A stretch of DNA of 59,896 nucleotides from an uncultured archaeon (GTDB lineage Archaea > Iainarchaeota > Iainarchaeia > Iainarchaeales > CAZJHM01), in assembly GCA_964545925.1 (NCBI GenBank), contig CAZJHM010000001.1:1-59896 (forward strand), in the 5' to 3' direction. A program made the position numbers and the translations under genes. Below the pieces are notes generated by a model. It did no database searches. It was not told the DNA's origin and saw nothing but the letters and a program-made list of their open reading frames with translations. Of this stretch, positions 39,172 through 48,803 are shown in pieces; position 1 is the first letter of the stretch; the number at the start of each line of letters is the position of its first letter.

Positions 39172-40763
39172 TCTTTGATTAACATCTTTATTACTTCTCC
39201 ATAAGCTGGACGAGTAATTAAAATTCCAACTAAAACACCTAAGATAGTTGTTATTGCAAAACCAACTAATTTTCCTAAACCATATCCCATTAAAATCAAA
39301 GGAGACATTGTTGCAATAACTGTTGCAGCAGCTGCAACTATAATAAAAAAAGCTTTCTTTATACGGGAAGAAACTGTTAAACTTTCATCTTCTTTTCTTC
39401 TTTCAAGAACTTCATCAGCAATAACTATTTGATCATCAACTCCTGTTCCAACTGAAGCTAATAAACCAGCAACTGCCCCTAAGTCAAGTTTACTGATTAA
39501 GGAAACTAAAGCAGTTGTAATAAATACTTCACTTATTCCTGTTAAAATAATTGGAATTACAATTTCTTTTGTTCTATATCTTATATAAAGAACTAATGCA
39601 ACTGTTAATAAAGCAATTAAACCTATAATTCCTGCTACAAGCAAGAAATTCTGCCCTAATAAAGGAGAAATAACTTCTTTGCTTATGCTTTTGACTGGAG
39701 CAGATAAAGAGCCTGAATCTAAAATAATTTCCATATCTTGTCTTTCGCTTTTTGCTTTATCTAAACTATCTGCATATCCTCTAATTAAGAGTTTGCTCAT
39801 TAAAGTTGCTTGAGAAACATTTGCAACATCCATATTTGCAACATCTTCCTGCAAAGAAACTACACTTCTTAAACCTGAAGCATTTACTATCCATGGTTTT
39901 TCAGACTCAGTTTCTATAACTTTTACATCAAAACCATTGTTTTCTAAATATTCTCTTAAACTAGATAAATCAGGAGTTATAATTACTTTATCTTTTCCAG
40001 TTGCTAAAAGTTGTTGTTTTTGTGCGTCTGTTAATATTCCATCTGAAACTAAAACATAATCTGTGTTTATTTGTTCAAGAATTTCTTCTATACTTGAATC
40101 TTTTGGAACTATTCCTTCAACTCCATATTCTAAAAGAGAATTATCTTCTGAATAAATTTCTGTACTTAATAAAAGAACTGAGTCTAAAGGACGGTCAATA
40201 AAGAAATAAACATACTCACAATCATATTGCTTTCCACCTGAACTATTCAAAGAAGAAAGCTCACATCTATGGAAAGTTCCTTCTGTGAATTTCTTTGCCC
40301 CTGAAGAACTTAAAACAAAAGGTAAAGTCCAAGAATAAGAACCATCTGAATTTCTAGTTATTGAATAACCTTGAGATGCATCTTTTAAAACTTTGATTAT
40401 ATCATCTCCTGTTAAAATTGCTTGTCCATCCAAAACAGATTCAAAAACTCCTTGCTTTCTTAACAAGCTTTCAATTCTTGCTATTGTTTCAGGATTTGTT
40501 TCTGCCATTTGAGCTAGAACAAAATCATCTCCAAAGAAAGAAACTGTTGTGTCTTTTAATCCTGTCCAATCTAAACGACTTTCAATTGTTTTAACTAATC
40601 TAGCTTTTTCTTCAGGACTAGTAATTGATTTATCAAACTGAATTTGGAACATTGTTCCTCCTTCAAAATCAATTCCAAAATCTATACCTCTGAAAGAAAT
40701 TATTAAAAAAGAAAAGATAAGCATTACTGCAACTAAAAGTAATTTATAGTTTTTAAGATTCAT
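39168..40763 (-). CDS. secD: protein-export membrane protein SecD
   Basis: N-terminal TM, large extracytoplasmic domain, C-terminal 5-TM bundle. 4-nt overlaps with secF and the upstream gene. Confidence 0.85.
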   Translation of the reverse strand: MNLKNYKLLLVAVMLIFSFLIISFRGIDFGIDFEGGTMFQIQFDKSITSPEEKARLVKTIESRLDWTGLKDTTVSFFGDDFVLAQMAETNPETIARIESLLRKQGVFESVLDGQAILTGDDIIKVLKDASQGYSITRNSDGSYSWTLPFVLSSSGAKKFTEGTFHRCELSSLNSSGGKQYDCEYVYFFIDRPLDSVLLLSTEIYSEDNSLLEYGVEGIVPKDSSIEEILEQINTDYVLVSDGILTDAQKQQLLATGKDKVIITPDLSSLREYLENNGFDVKVIETESEKPWIVNASGLRSVVSLQEDVANMDVANVSQATLMSKLLIRGYADSLDKAKSERQDMEIILDSGSLSAPVKSISKEVISPLLGQNFLLVAGIIGLIALLTVALVLYIRYRTKEIVIPIILTGISEVFITTALVSLISKLDLGAVAGLLASVGTGVDDQIVIADEVLERRKEDESLTVSSRIKKAFFIIVAAAATVIATMSPLILMGYGLGKLVGFAITTILGVLVGILITRPAYGEVIKMLIKD

Positions 40764-41836
40764 AATGTTCCACCTTTAGAACTTAGATATTTAAGCAAAA
40801 TTGGAGCATTCATTAACCAAGTTGAGATTATGTCTCCAAACAATCCAAAAAGAAGAACTATTGCTAAATTAAAGATTACATTTACTTGCATGAAATATGA
40901 GACAATAACCATTGTTAAAAGAGCACAAACAGTTGTCAAAGTCATTGTAAGTCCTGTTTTCATACTAAGGACTGTTTCTTTTCTTAAAGCATGTTTAGAA
41001 CTTGTTAAACGACTTGTTAGCATTATATCTGTATCAACTGAATATCCAATTAACATTAAAAGAGCAGGAATACTTGAAAGAGACAAAGGAATTTGGAAAA
41101 GAGCCATAAAAGCTAAAGCACTCATAATATCAAAAAAAGCAGCAAGTATAATTGCTAGACTTAAAACTGGGTCTCTGAAAAAGAAGAAAATAACTAAAAC
41201 AATTAAAACTATAGAAACCAAACTAAGATTGATAGCTGTTTGCCAGAAAGTATCTCCTAAAGTTGGGGCTATATCTTCTTTTTGGAAAGCTAAAGTTTTA
41301 ACTACAAACTTCTTTTCTATATTTGAAACAATAAAATCAGAATAGGATTTCTGGGCATCATAATAACCTTGTTCTAAAATTGTAAATGCTTTAGAATAAT
41401 CATTTGAAGAAATAAAAGAATCATATTCTTGTTTTTGCTTGAAATAACTGCCTAAAAAAGAAACTGTTTTGCCCATTTCTTTTTTTGCTTCTTCTGGATT
41501 ATCTGAAATTAAAGACTTTGCTGTTGAAAGAGAAAGTTCTGCATCTTCCAAAAACTTTGCTCCGGAATATTCAATTGTTAAACCATTTGAATTAGGAGCA
41601 CTAACTGAATAAACTTTAAGTTCTTGTATATCTAAAGATTGCAAAAGATAAGCTTCTACTTCTTTTGCATCAACTGGTTTGTCTAATTTAAGTATAATCA
41701 TAGAACCTCCTTTGAGTTCTATTCCACGGGGAACTGTTGGAAATATGAAAATTAAATATACAAAAAGAAGGAAAAACAAGGCAGGGATAACCATAAGACG
41801 CATATAATTGCCTTTATAGATATCTATACCAATCAT
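40760..41836 (-). CDS. secF: protein-export membrane protein SecF
   Basis: IELKGGSMIILKL periplasmic head plus a 5-TM C-terminal bundle. Archaeal secF-secD order. Confidence 0.85.
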   Translation of the reverse strand: MIGIDIYKGNYMRLMVIPALFFLLFVYLIFIFPTVPRGIELKGGSMIILKLDKPVDAKEVEAYLLQSLDIQELKVYSVSAPNSNGLTIEYSGAKFLEDAELSLSTAKSLISDNPEEAKKEMGKTVSFLGSYFKQKQEYDSFISSNDYSKAFTILEQGYYDAQKSYSDFIVSNIEKKFVVKTLAFQKEDIAPTLGDTFWQTAINLSLVSIVLIVLVIFFFFRDPVLSLAIILAAFFDIMSALAFMALFQIPLSLSSIPALLMLIGYSVDTDIMLTSRLTSSKHALRKETVLSMKTGLTMTLTTVCALLTMVIVSYFMQVNVIFNLAIVLLFGLFGDIISTWLMNAPILLKYLSSKGGTL

Positions 41837-41961
41837 TTACAACCCCTTTTTATAAGATTGATAAACAACAAAACATATAAAAAGCATTTCCTCCGGCTTT
41901 TTCTTTAAAAAAATCAGAAGAAAACAAATAATCTTTTATAGTTTAAAAGCAGAATATAGAT

Positions 41962-42189
41962 ATGGGAATAGAAAAAAAAGACATTGGATTATTGATTGGA
42001 ATCTTCTTAATAATTGCTGTCTTGGGATTTAGTGTTTTGCAAATAACAGGAAAAGAATATTTCTCATATAAGGAAATTATTGGAAAAGGAATAAGTCAAA
42101 TGCAAGAAAACATTGGAAAAGAAAAAGTGGAAATGCAGGAATTTTCAGGAGGGGAAAAAATTTCCACTAAAAAATCAGAATATACATAA
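41962..42189 (+). CDS. small membrane-anchored hypothetical protein
   Basis: 75 aa. Single N-terminal TM (LLIGIFLIIAVLGFSVLQI) then a polar tail. No homology recognisable. Confidence 0.4.
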   Translation: MGIEKKDIGLLIGIFLIIAVLGFSVLQITGKEYFSYKEIIGKGISQMQENIGKEKVEMQEFSGGEKISTKKSEYT

Positions 42190-42320
42190 ATTAGTTTAGA
42201 AAAACAAGCAAAAACAAGAGATATACATAATAAAAGTTCGACTTCCAATCTCTTTCCTAAGGTAAAAAACAGATATCTAATCAAATACTATTATTAAAAA
42301 ATAGAACTGTATATAGGTAC

Positions 42321-43532
42321 ATGTTGCAAGAAAAAAATATATTTGAGGCAATTTTGGCTGATAGCCGTGTGTTCAAAAACAGGGATATTATAACTCCTTA
42401 TTACACTCCTGAAAGACTACCTTTTAGAGAAAAACAAATAGAAGAAATTTCAAAATCTCTTTCAGTTGTTTTACAAGGTTCTAAACCTGATAATATATTC
42501 TTATATGGGCAAGTAGGAACAGGAAAAACTGCAAGTATTAATTATGTTAGTAAACATTTGAAAGAATATACAGATGCAAGAAAATTGCCTGTGGAAATTA
42601 TTTATATAAATTGTATAAAATGTAATACTGAGTTCAAAGCACTTTCAAAAGCACTTAAAAGATTCTATCCTTTAAATGAGTTTAATGGATTTGGAAGTTC
42701 TCAGTTATATGATAAACTATTTGAAAAAATACAGGAGAAAAAAGCAAATTTAATACTTATATTTGATGAAATTGACAAACTAAGAAACTCAGAATTAAAT
42801 GATATGATATATTCTTTAACAAGAGCAAACACTGAATTAGAAACAGGAGCTATTTCAATAATTGGAATAAGCAATAATTTGAGATTTAAAGAAAACTTAG
42901 ATGTAAGAACAAGAAGTTCATTATGTGAAAAAGAAATGGTATTTCCTCCATATAATGCTGAAGAACTAAGAGCTATTATAAGAGATAGAATTGAAATTGC
43001 TTTTTTTCCAGAAGTTGTCCAAGAATCAGCCATTAGTCTAGCCTCTGCTTTTTCAGCAAAAGAATCAGGAGATGCAAGAACTGCAGTAATGTTAATGCTT
43101 AGAGCTGGGGAGATTGCAGAAAAAGAGGGGATTGAAAAAGTCACTGACCGCGAGGTTAGTTTGGCTAAAAAGCTTGTGGAAGAGGAGATTATCTTAAGGA
43201 TGATTTCCTCTCTCCCTAAGCATCCACAGATACTCTTGTTAGGAATAAGCAGACTAACAAAAGACAAAGGGGCACAAAAAAGAATACAAGAAAACAATGA
43301 AGTTTTTCTTTTTAGTGGAGAAGTCTATAAAGAATATGAAAGAATGTGCAATCAATTAAGAGAAAATGCACTAACTGCTAGAAGATATAGACAATATGTA
43401 AATGAATTAGAAACTTATGGAATAATCTTGACAACTGGTTCTGGAAAAGGAATAAGAGGAAACACAAGACTGATTAAGTTAGCATTTGAACCTGATTCTG
43501 TCCAAAAGATTATTGAAAGAAATCTTCTTTGA
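42321..43532 (+). CDS. cdc6: Orc1/Cdc6 replication initiator
   Basis: Walker A LYGQVGTGKTA, Walker B LIFDEIDKL, C-terminal winged helix. Confidence 0.93.
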   Translation: MLQEKNIFEAILADSRVFKNRDIITPYYTPERLPFREKQIEEISKSLSVVLQGSKPDNIFLYGQVGTGKTASINYVSKHLKEYTDARKLPVEIIYINCIKCNTEFKALSKALKRFYPLNEFNGFGSSQLYDKLFEKIQEKKANLILIFDEIDKLRNSELNDMIYSLTRANTELETGAISIIGISNNLRFKENLDVRTRSSLCEKEMVFPPYNAEELRAIIRDRIEIAFFPEVVQESAISLASAFSAKESGDARTAVMLMLRAGEIAEKEGIEKVTDREVSLAKKLVEEEIILRMISSLPKHPQILLLGISRLTKDKGAQKRIQENNEVFLFSGEVYKEYERMCNQLRENALTARRYRQYVNELETYGIILTTGSGKGIRGNTRLIKLAFEPDSVQKIIERNLL

Positions 43533-43627
43533 AAAATTTTTTCTAGGAAAAGATTGAACAATTTTAAGACTCAAAAAAACAAAAGCATACCAGAAAGATT
43601 TATAAGAAAGCTTGGATAAAGAAAGAT

Positions 43628-44347
43628 ATGGAAGCAATTGTTTTAGCAGGTGGAAGAGGAGTCAGATTAAGACATTTAACAGAGAATAATCCAAAGGCTT
43701 TAGTTGAGATAAAAGGAAAAAGTTTGTTGGAATACACTTTAGATAATCTAGTTATTGCTGGAGTTAAAAAAACAGTTATTGTTATTGGATATTTAGGGGA
43801 AAAAATAAAAGAAAAAATAGGAAAAGAATACAAAGGAATGGAAATTGTTTATGCTTTGCAAAAAGAACCTTTGGGTTCAGGACATGCAATGATAATGGCT
43901 GAACCATATATTACAAAAGATAGATTTTTTCTATGTAGTTGCGATATAATCTTTGCAACATGGATATATGAGAAATTAGCAAGAGAAGAAGAAGTTTTAG
44001 TCACAAGATATATTTATGGAGACCCCTCTAGATTTGGAGTGGTTGTTTCAGAAGATGGGTTCTTGAAAGAAATAAGAGAAAAACCAAAAGATTTACCTGA
44101 AGGTAAATATTCAATAAATGCATTTTTGCATATTTGCAGAAAAGATATATTTGACTATTTGAAAAAGATTGAGAAAATAGAAGGGAAAGAAATACATTAT
44201 GTTGATGCTTTGAAAGAAAGCAATAAAAAAAGAACAATAAAAACAATACCTTACAAAGGCCCAATTGTTGATGTATCTACTCCTGAAGAAGTAGAAGAAG
44301 CTAATAAAAGAACAGAAATGGAATTCCCTGAAGTGAAAGAAATATGA
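43628..44347 (+). CDS. sugar-1-phosphate nucleotidylyltransferase
   Basis: AIVLAGGRGVRLRHLTENNPKALVEI N-terminal NTP-transferase signature. Confidence 0.85.
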   Translation: MEAIVLAGGRGVRLRHLTENNPKALVEIKGKSLLEYTLDNLVIAGVKKTVIVIGYLGEKIKEKIGKEYKGMEIVYALQKEPLGSGHAMIMAEPYITKDRFFLCSCDIIFATWIYEKLAREEEVLVTRYIYGDPSRFGVVVSEDGFLKEIREKPKDLPEGKYSINAFLHICRKDIFDYLKKIEKIEGKEIHYVDALKESNKKRTIKTIPYKGPIVDVSTPEEVEEANKRTEMEFPEVKEI

Positions 44348-45264
44348 CTATTTTAGTAACAGGGGGAGCTGGGCATATAGGCTCTAATCTGATTAGAAAA
44401 ATTAAAGGAAAGATTATTTGTCTAGATTCTTTATATTCTGGGAAAAAAGAGAATTTACCAAAAAATAAGAATCTGAGATTTAAGAAATATGATATAAGAA
44501 AACCTTTTAGCACAAAAGAAAAGATTGAGGAAATATGGCATTTGGCTTGCCCAGCTTCCCCTCCTTTTTATATGAATGAATCATTATATACTCTTGAAAC
44601 AAGTGTCCAAGGAACAATTAATATGTTGGAATTAGCTAGGAAAAAAGATTCTAAGATTCTTTTTACCTCTACCTCGGAAGTTTATGGAAATCCTTTGGAA
44701 CATCCTCAGAAAGAAACTTATTATGGAAATGTAAACACTTTAGGTCCAAGAAGTTGCTATGATGAAGGAAAAAGAGTTGCTGAAACTTTCTGTTATGAAT
44801 ACCAGAAAAAATATGGAGTAGACATAAAGATTGCTAGATTATTCAATACTTATGGAAGTTACATGCGCCCAGACGATGGAAGAGTTGTTTCATCTTTTAT
44901 CTACAATTCTTTGAAAGGAAAGGAATTAGAGATATATGGAGATGGAAAGCAAACTCGTTCTTTTACTTATGTTGATGATACTTTAGAAGGATTAATGAAA
45001 TTTATGGATTTAGGAAAGAAATATATGGGCCCAATAAATATTGGTTCTGTGGAAGAGCATAGTGTTTCAGAATTAGCTGAGATAATTGCTGAAGAAACAG
45101 GAAACAAGAAAAAGATTGTCTACAAAGGATTGCCTAAAGACGACCCTTACAAAAGAAAACCAGACATAAGCAGAGCCAAAGAAATTCTAAAATGGAAACC
45201 TAAGACAAGTTTAAGAAATGGGATTAAAAAGACTGTTTCTTTTTTCAGAGAGAACTATATTTAG
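44344..45264 (+). CDS. UDP-glucuronate decarboxylase (UDP-xylose synthase)-like SDR
   Basis: ILVTGGAGHIGSNL Rossmann motif plus the YDEGKRVAET catalytic motif typical of UXS. Confidence 0.8.
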   Translation: MTILVTGGAGHIGSNLIRKIKGKIICLDSLYSGKKENLPKNKNLRFKKYDIRKPFSTKEKIEEIWHLACPASPPFYMNESLYTLETSVQGTINMLELARKKDSKILFTSTSEVYGNPLEHPQKETYYGNVNTLGPRSCYDEGKRVAETFCYEYQKKYGVDIKIARLFNTYGSYMRPDDGRVVSSFIYNSLKGKELEIYGDGKQTRSFTYVDDTLEGLMKFMDLGKKYMGPINIGSVEEHSVSELAEIIAEETGNKKKIVYKGLPKDDPYKRKPDISRAKEILKWKPKTSLRNGIKKTVSFFRENYI

Positions 45265-45774
45265 ATATTTTTCAGAGACAAAGTCTGATAATCCATTACG
45301 AGAAAAAAGTTTTTTTATTCTTAAATTTTTGATTTCTTTAAATCCATTTTTCAAGGCAACTCTTTGACTTCCTTTGTTTTCAGGATGAGTACAGATAACA
45401 AGAAGTTTAGGAACAGAAGAATCTCTCTTAGCTTTTTTCTCCAATCTTTCTAAAATTTGTTTAAGAGCAGATGTAGTTATTCCTTTGCCCCAATATTTTT
45501 TACTTATACCATAACCTATTTCTATATAGGAAATTTCTTTTTTGAAATTAGGCATAACTCCTATAAAACCAACTAATTTATTGTGGAAAAAGATTGCAAA
45601 GTCTTTGCGGGACTTGTCTGCTAAAAAATCTTTAATTATTTTCTTTTCTTCAGCTAAAGAAGAAGGTGGTTTATGACTCCAGTATCTGAGAAAGTCTTTG
45701 TCTTTAAGGATTTTGTAAAAAGCAGAAGCATAAGAAACCTGAAAAGGTTTTAGTAAGACATCAGTATTTTTCAT
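45211..45774 (-). CDS. GNAT-family N-acetyltransferase (RimJ/RimL-like)
   Basis: IGYGISKKYWGKGITTSALKQIL and HPENKGSQRVALKNGF motifs. Start chosen at MKNTDV; the track ORF extends to 45837. Confidence 0.8.
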   Translation of the reverse strand: MKNTDVLLKPFQVSYASAFYKILKDKDFLRYWSHKPPSSLAEEKKIIKDFLADKSRKDFAIFFHNKLVGFIGVMPNFKKEISYIEIGYGISKKYWGKGITTSALKQILERLEKKAKRDSSVPKLLVICTHPENKGSQRVALKNGFKEIKNLRIKKLFSRNGLSDFVSEKYLNIVLSEKRNSLFNPIS

Positions 45775-46648
45775 GTTTTGTGTCCTCATATGAAAATGCT
45801 TTTCCTTGCCCTGCCAAGATAGAACGAAGAGTAACATAATTGATTGTTCTTTCTATGTCTTCTTTTCTAGTTGACATTGACTTTACTTGTTGAGAGAGAA
45901 CCTCTAAGAATGTGCGGGATTTGGAAAGAAGATGCACAAAAAATCTTTTGTCTAACCCTGCTTTTTGAACTATTTCTTGGAAGTTTATTCCTCCTCTGTA
46001 TTTTTTACCAAGTCTTTTCAAATCAGTTGAACTTAAATTAAATTTTCCTTCGGAAAATTTTTTAAGAATAGGCAAATCCATTAATGGAAAAACCAATTGA
46101 GAAGTAGCTATCTGATGTTTCAAGTCAGGGGAATGGAAGCTTGTATTTACAACTTCAAAATAATCAGATAATCCTCTTTCTCTCAAATAATCTTCAATTG
46201 CTTGTTTTCTAAATTCACTAATTCCAGATAAACCATATACTCCTAAAACACAAATTTTGAATCTGTTAGAAGGATTAAATTTCTTACCAAAACTACTCCG
46301 GAAAATCATGCTATTTATTTCTTTTAAAATGTCTCTTTCTTGTCTTAGTAAATTACCCCATTTAGAAAAATTTTTGTCAAAAAAAGATTTTGAACAGTGT
46401 TTTGGGAAGTTCTCCAATTGTTCAGGACTAACTTCTTGTTTTAATTGAAATGTTTTTAAAGCCCCATTTTCAAAATGAGTTAAAAGAATATTCAAAGTTG
46501 GATTAGGAATTACTCTAGAAGGAAGAGGTTGTTTTTCAGGTTTTAATTTAGAAAAAAACTCTCTTGGTAATCTTTTTGTTTGTTCTTTATTTTCTCCCTG
46601 AATTCCATTTATTTTTCTTTGAAAAGGATTTAATTTGCGAGGAGGCAT
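45761..46648 (-). CDS. hypothetical protein, co-directional and immediately downstream of ispH
   Basis: Long ORF with normal amino-acid composition and no motif I recognise. ATG at 46648; the track's TTG at 46681 overlaps the ispH stop. Confidence 0.6.
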   Translation of the reverse strand: MPPRKLNPFQRKINGIQGENKEQTKRLPREFFSKLKPEKQPLPSRVIPNPTLNILLTHFENGALKTFQLKQEVSPEQLENFPKHCSKSFFDKNFSKWGNLLRQERDILKEINSMIFRSSFGKKFNPSNRFKICVLGVYGLSGISEFRKQAIEDYLRERGLSDYFEVVNTSFHSPDLKHQIATSQLVFPLMDLPILKKFSEGKFNLSSTDLKRLGKKYRGGINFQEIVQKAGLDKRFFVHLLSKSRTFLEVLSQQVKSMSTRKEDIERTINYVTLRSILAGQGKAFSYEDTKHEKY

Positions 46649-46677
46649 ATAAAACAAAGACAAAAAGAAAATAAAAA

Positions 46678-47583
46678 TCAATCGATTTTGAAGTCTGCAG
46701 CTATTTCTTGCATACCTATAACTCTCATCTTGTCTACTTGTTCTGCTTGCCCACCAAGTTTAATTACAACTTCTTTGATTGAAAAGTCAGGTGTTGAGGC
46801 TCCAGCAGTTATTCCTATGCGAGAGTGAGAAAGTGCTTTTGAAGAATCTAATTCTGTAGCATCTTCTATATGAAGAGTTTCTACATGTTCAGAACAAGCT
46901 TTTGCTAACTTCTGAGTATTTGAACTATGCTTTCCTCCTATGACTATCATTAAGTCAACCTTCTTTGCAAGCTCTATTGCCGAAGCCCTGTGCATAATGC
47001 TTGCTATGCAAATTGTGTTATAAACTTCCATTAGTTTGGCATCTTGAGCTATTGCTCCAACTATATCTCCAAAAACTTTTTGCAAGTGAGTTGTTTGAGA
47101 AACAACCCCGACTTTTTTTTCTTTTAAATCAGGAAGTTCATCTAAAGAATTAACTGCTATTCCTTTTTGAGTATGACTTAAAATCCCAGTTACTTCAGGA
47201 TGAGAAGATTTTCCAACAACAACAACTTTGTATCCTTTTCTCTCTAACATATCTGCTTTTTTCTGGACATCCAAGACAAATGGACAAGTTGCATCTATGT
47301 ATTTTGCTCCCATTTCTTTCAATTGAGAATATGTTTCTTTTGGCTCTCCATGTGCTCTAATAATAACAATTGAATCATGTGGATTTTTTATTTCATCTAA
47401 AGATTGAATTTCTTCAATTCCTTTTTCTCTTAACCACTCAGACATTGCATTATTGTGAACTAATTGCCCCAAAACAAGAATTTTCTTGGATGGGTTTTCT
47501 TCTTTTGCTTTTAAAGCTAGTTTAACAGAATTAATAACTCCAAAACAAAAACCTGAATTATCTGCAACTATTATTTCAGTCAT
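46678..47583 (-). CDS. ispH: 4-hydroxy-3-methylbut-2-enyl diphosphate reductase (IspH/LytB)
   Basis: ADNSGFCFGV, DATCPFV, YNTIC (three cluster cysteines), VIGGKHSSNTQKL. Confidence 0.92.
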   Translation of the reverse strand: MTEIIVADNSGFCFGVINSVKLALKAKEENPSKKILVLGQLVHNNAMSEWLREKGIEEIQSLDEIKNPHDSIVIIRAHGEPKETYSQLKEMGAKYIDATCPFVLDVQKKADMLERKGYKVVVVGKSSHPEVTGILSHTQKGIAVNSLDELPDLKEKKVGVVSQTTHLQKVFGDIVGAIAQDAKLMEVYNTICIASIMHRASAIELAKKVDLMIVIGGKHSSNTQKLAKACSEHVETLHIEDATELDSSKALSHSRIGITAGASTPDFSIKEVVIKLGGQAEQVDKMRVIGMQEIAADFKID

Positions 47584-47602
47584 TTTTAAACAACCTCGTA
47601 CA

Positions 47603-47626
47603 ATTGTCTAAATATATATAGACAAT
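47603..47626. promoter_or_regulatory. 24-bp palindrome in the ispH / dxr divergent promoter region
   Basis: ATTGTCTA-AATATATA-TAGACAAT, perfect 8-bp arms around an AT-only core, in the 80-bp gap between divergent MEP genes. Confidence 0.5.
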
Positions 47627-47663
47627 CGAAATACTTTTAAACCTCCTTTTTCATTAAACATAT

Positions 47664-48803
47664 ATGAAAGAACTAATTGTAATGGGTTCAACTGGGTCAA
47701 TTGGAACTCAGACACTGGATGTCGTAAGACAGCACAAGGAAAAATACAAAATAATTGGATTGTCTGCAAACAGTAGTATAGACAAACTAATGGAACAAGC
47801 AAAAGAATTCAATGTTGAGAATATTGCTATTGTTAATAAAGAAAAAGCTGATGAGTTTGAGGAAAAAACAAAACTAAATGTAATGAAAGGAGAAAAAGGA
47901 TTATTAGAAATAGCTGAAATAAAAAGTGATATTTTTGTTAATAGTGTTGTTGGAGCTGCAGGTTTGAAACCTACATTAAAAGCTTTGGAAAACACAGGAA
48001 GAATGGCTATAGCTAATAAAGAGACTTTGGTTGTTGCTGGAGATTTAGTAATGCCTAAAGCAAAAGAACTAGGAGTTGAGTTATTGCCTATTGATTCTGA
48101 ACATTCTGCTCTTTTTCAGTGTTTGCAAGGAAACAACCAAAAAGACATAAAGAGATTAATAATAACTTGTTCAGGCGGAAGTTTCAGAGACACACCTCCT
48201 GAAAAACTAAAAGAAATGACTGCTAAAGAAGCTTTGAATCATCCAACTTGGAGCATGGGAGCAAAGATAACAATTGATTCAGCTACTTTGTTTAACAAAG
48301 GATTAGAAGTTATTGAAGCACATTTCTTGTTTGATATGCCTTATGACAAGATAGAAACTGTTATGCATCCTCAAAGTATAATTCATAGTATGATTGAATA
48401 CAGAGATGGAAGTATAATGGGACAATTAGGACAACATGATATGAGGATACCTATTGTTTATTCTTTGAGCTGGCCTGAAAGGATTGACTTGAATGTTGAA
48501 AAATTAGATTTTGTTAAATTAGGACAACTGACTTTTAGACAAATAGACCATCAGACTTTTCCTGCATTAAATTTAGCTTATGAAGTTGGAAGAAAAGCAG
48601 GAACAGCAAGAGCAGTAATGAATGCTGCAAATGAAGAAGCTGTATATGCTTTCTTAGATGGAAAGATAAAATTCTTGGAAATATACAAAAATGTAAAAGA
48701 TGCAGTTGATAATCACAAGTTTATGCAAAAGCCAAATATTGATGAACTTTTAGAAGCAGATAAATGGGCAAGAGAATATGTTAGAGGGAAAATAAATGGA
48801 TAA
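47664..48803 (+). CDS. dxr: 1-deoxy-D-xylulose 5-phosphate reductoisomerase
   Basis: GSTGSIGTQTLDV, IDSEHSALFQC, NKGLEVIEAHFLF. Confidence 0.95.
   Translation: MKELIVMGSTGSIGTQTLDVVRQHKEKYKIIGLSANSSIDKLMEQAKEFNVENIAIVNKEKADEFEEKTKLNVMKGEKGLLEIAEIKSDIFVNSVVGAAGLKPTLKALENTGRMAIANKETLVVAGDLVMPKAKELGVELLPIDSEHSALFQCLQGNNQKDIKRLIITCSGGSFRDTPPEKLKEMTAKEALNHPTWSMGAKITIDSATLFNKGLEVIEAHFLFDMPYDKIETVMHPQSIIHSMIEYRDGSIMGQLGQHDMRIPIVYSLSWPERIDLNVEKLDFVKLGQLTFRQIDHQTFPALNLAYEVGRKAGTARAVMNAANEEAVYAFLDGKIKFLEIYKNVKDAVDNHKFMQKPNIDELLEADKWAREYVRGKING

Noticed and set aside
41837-42320. Possible replication origin with ORB repeats flanking orc1/cdc6
   Set aside because: The AT-rich intergenic segments and proximity to Orc1/Cdc6 are suggestive. 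However, I could not find a repeated ORB-like dyad by eye, only isolated TTCC-containing strings. The 43533-43627 spacer shows nothing either. A computational repeat and GC-skew analysis is needed.
42701-43297. 198-aa ORF antisense to orc1/cdc6
   Set aside because: This is a shadow ORF. The sense frame carries Walker A/B motifs.
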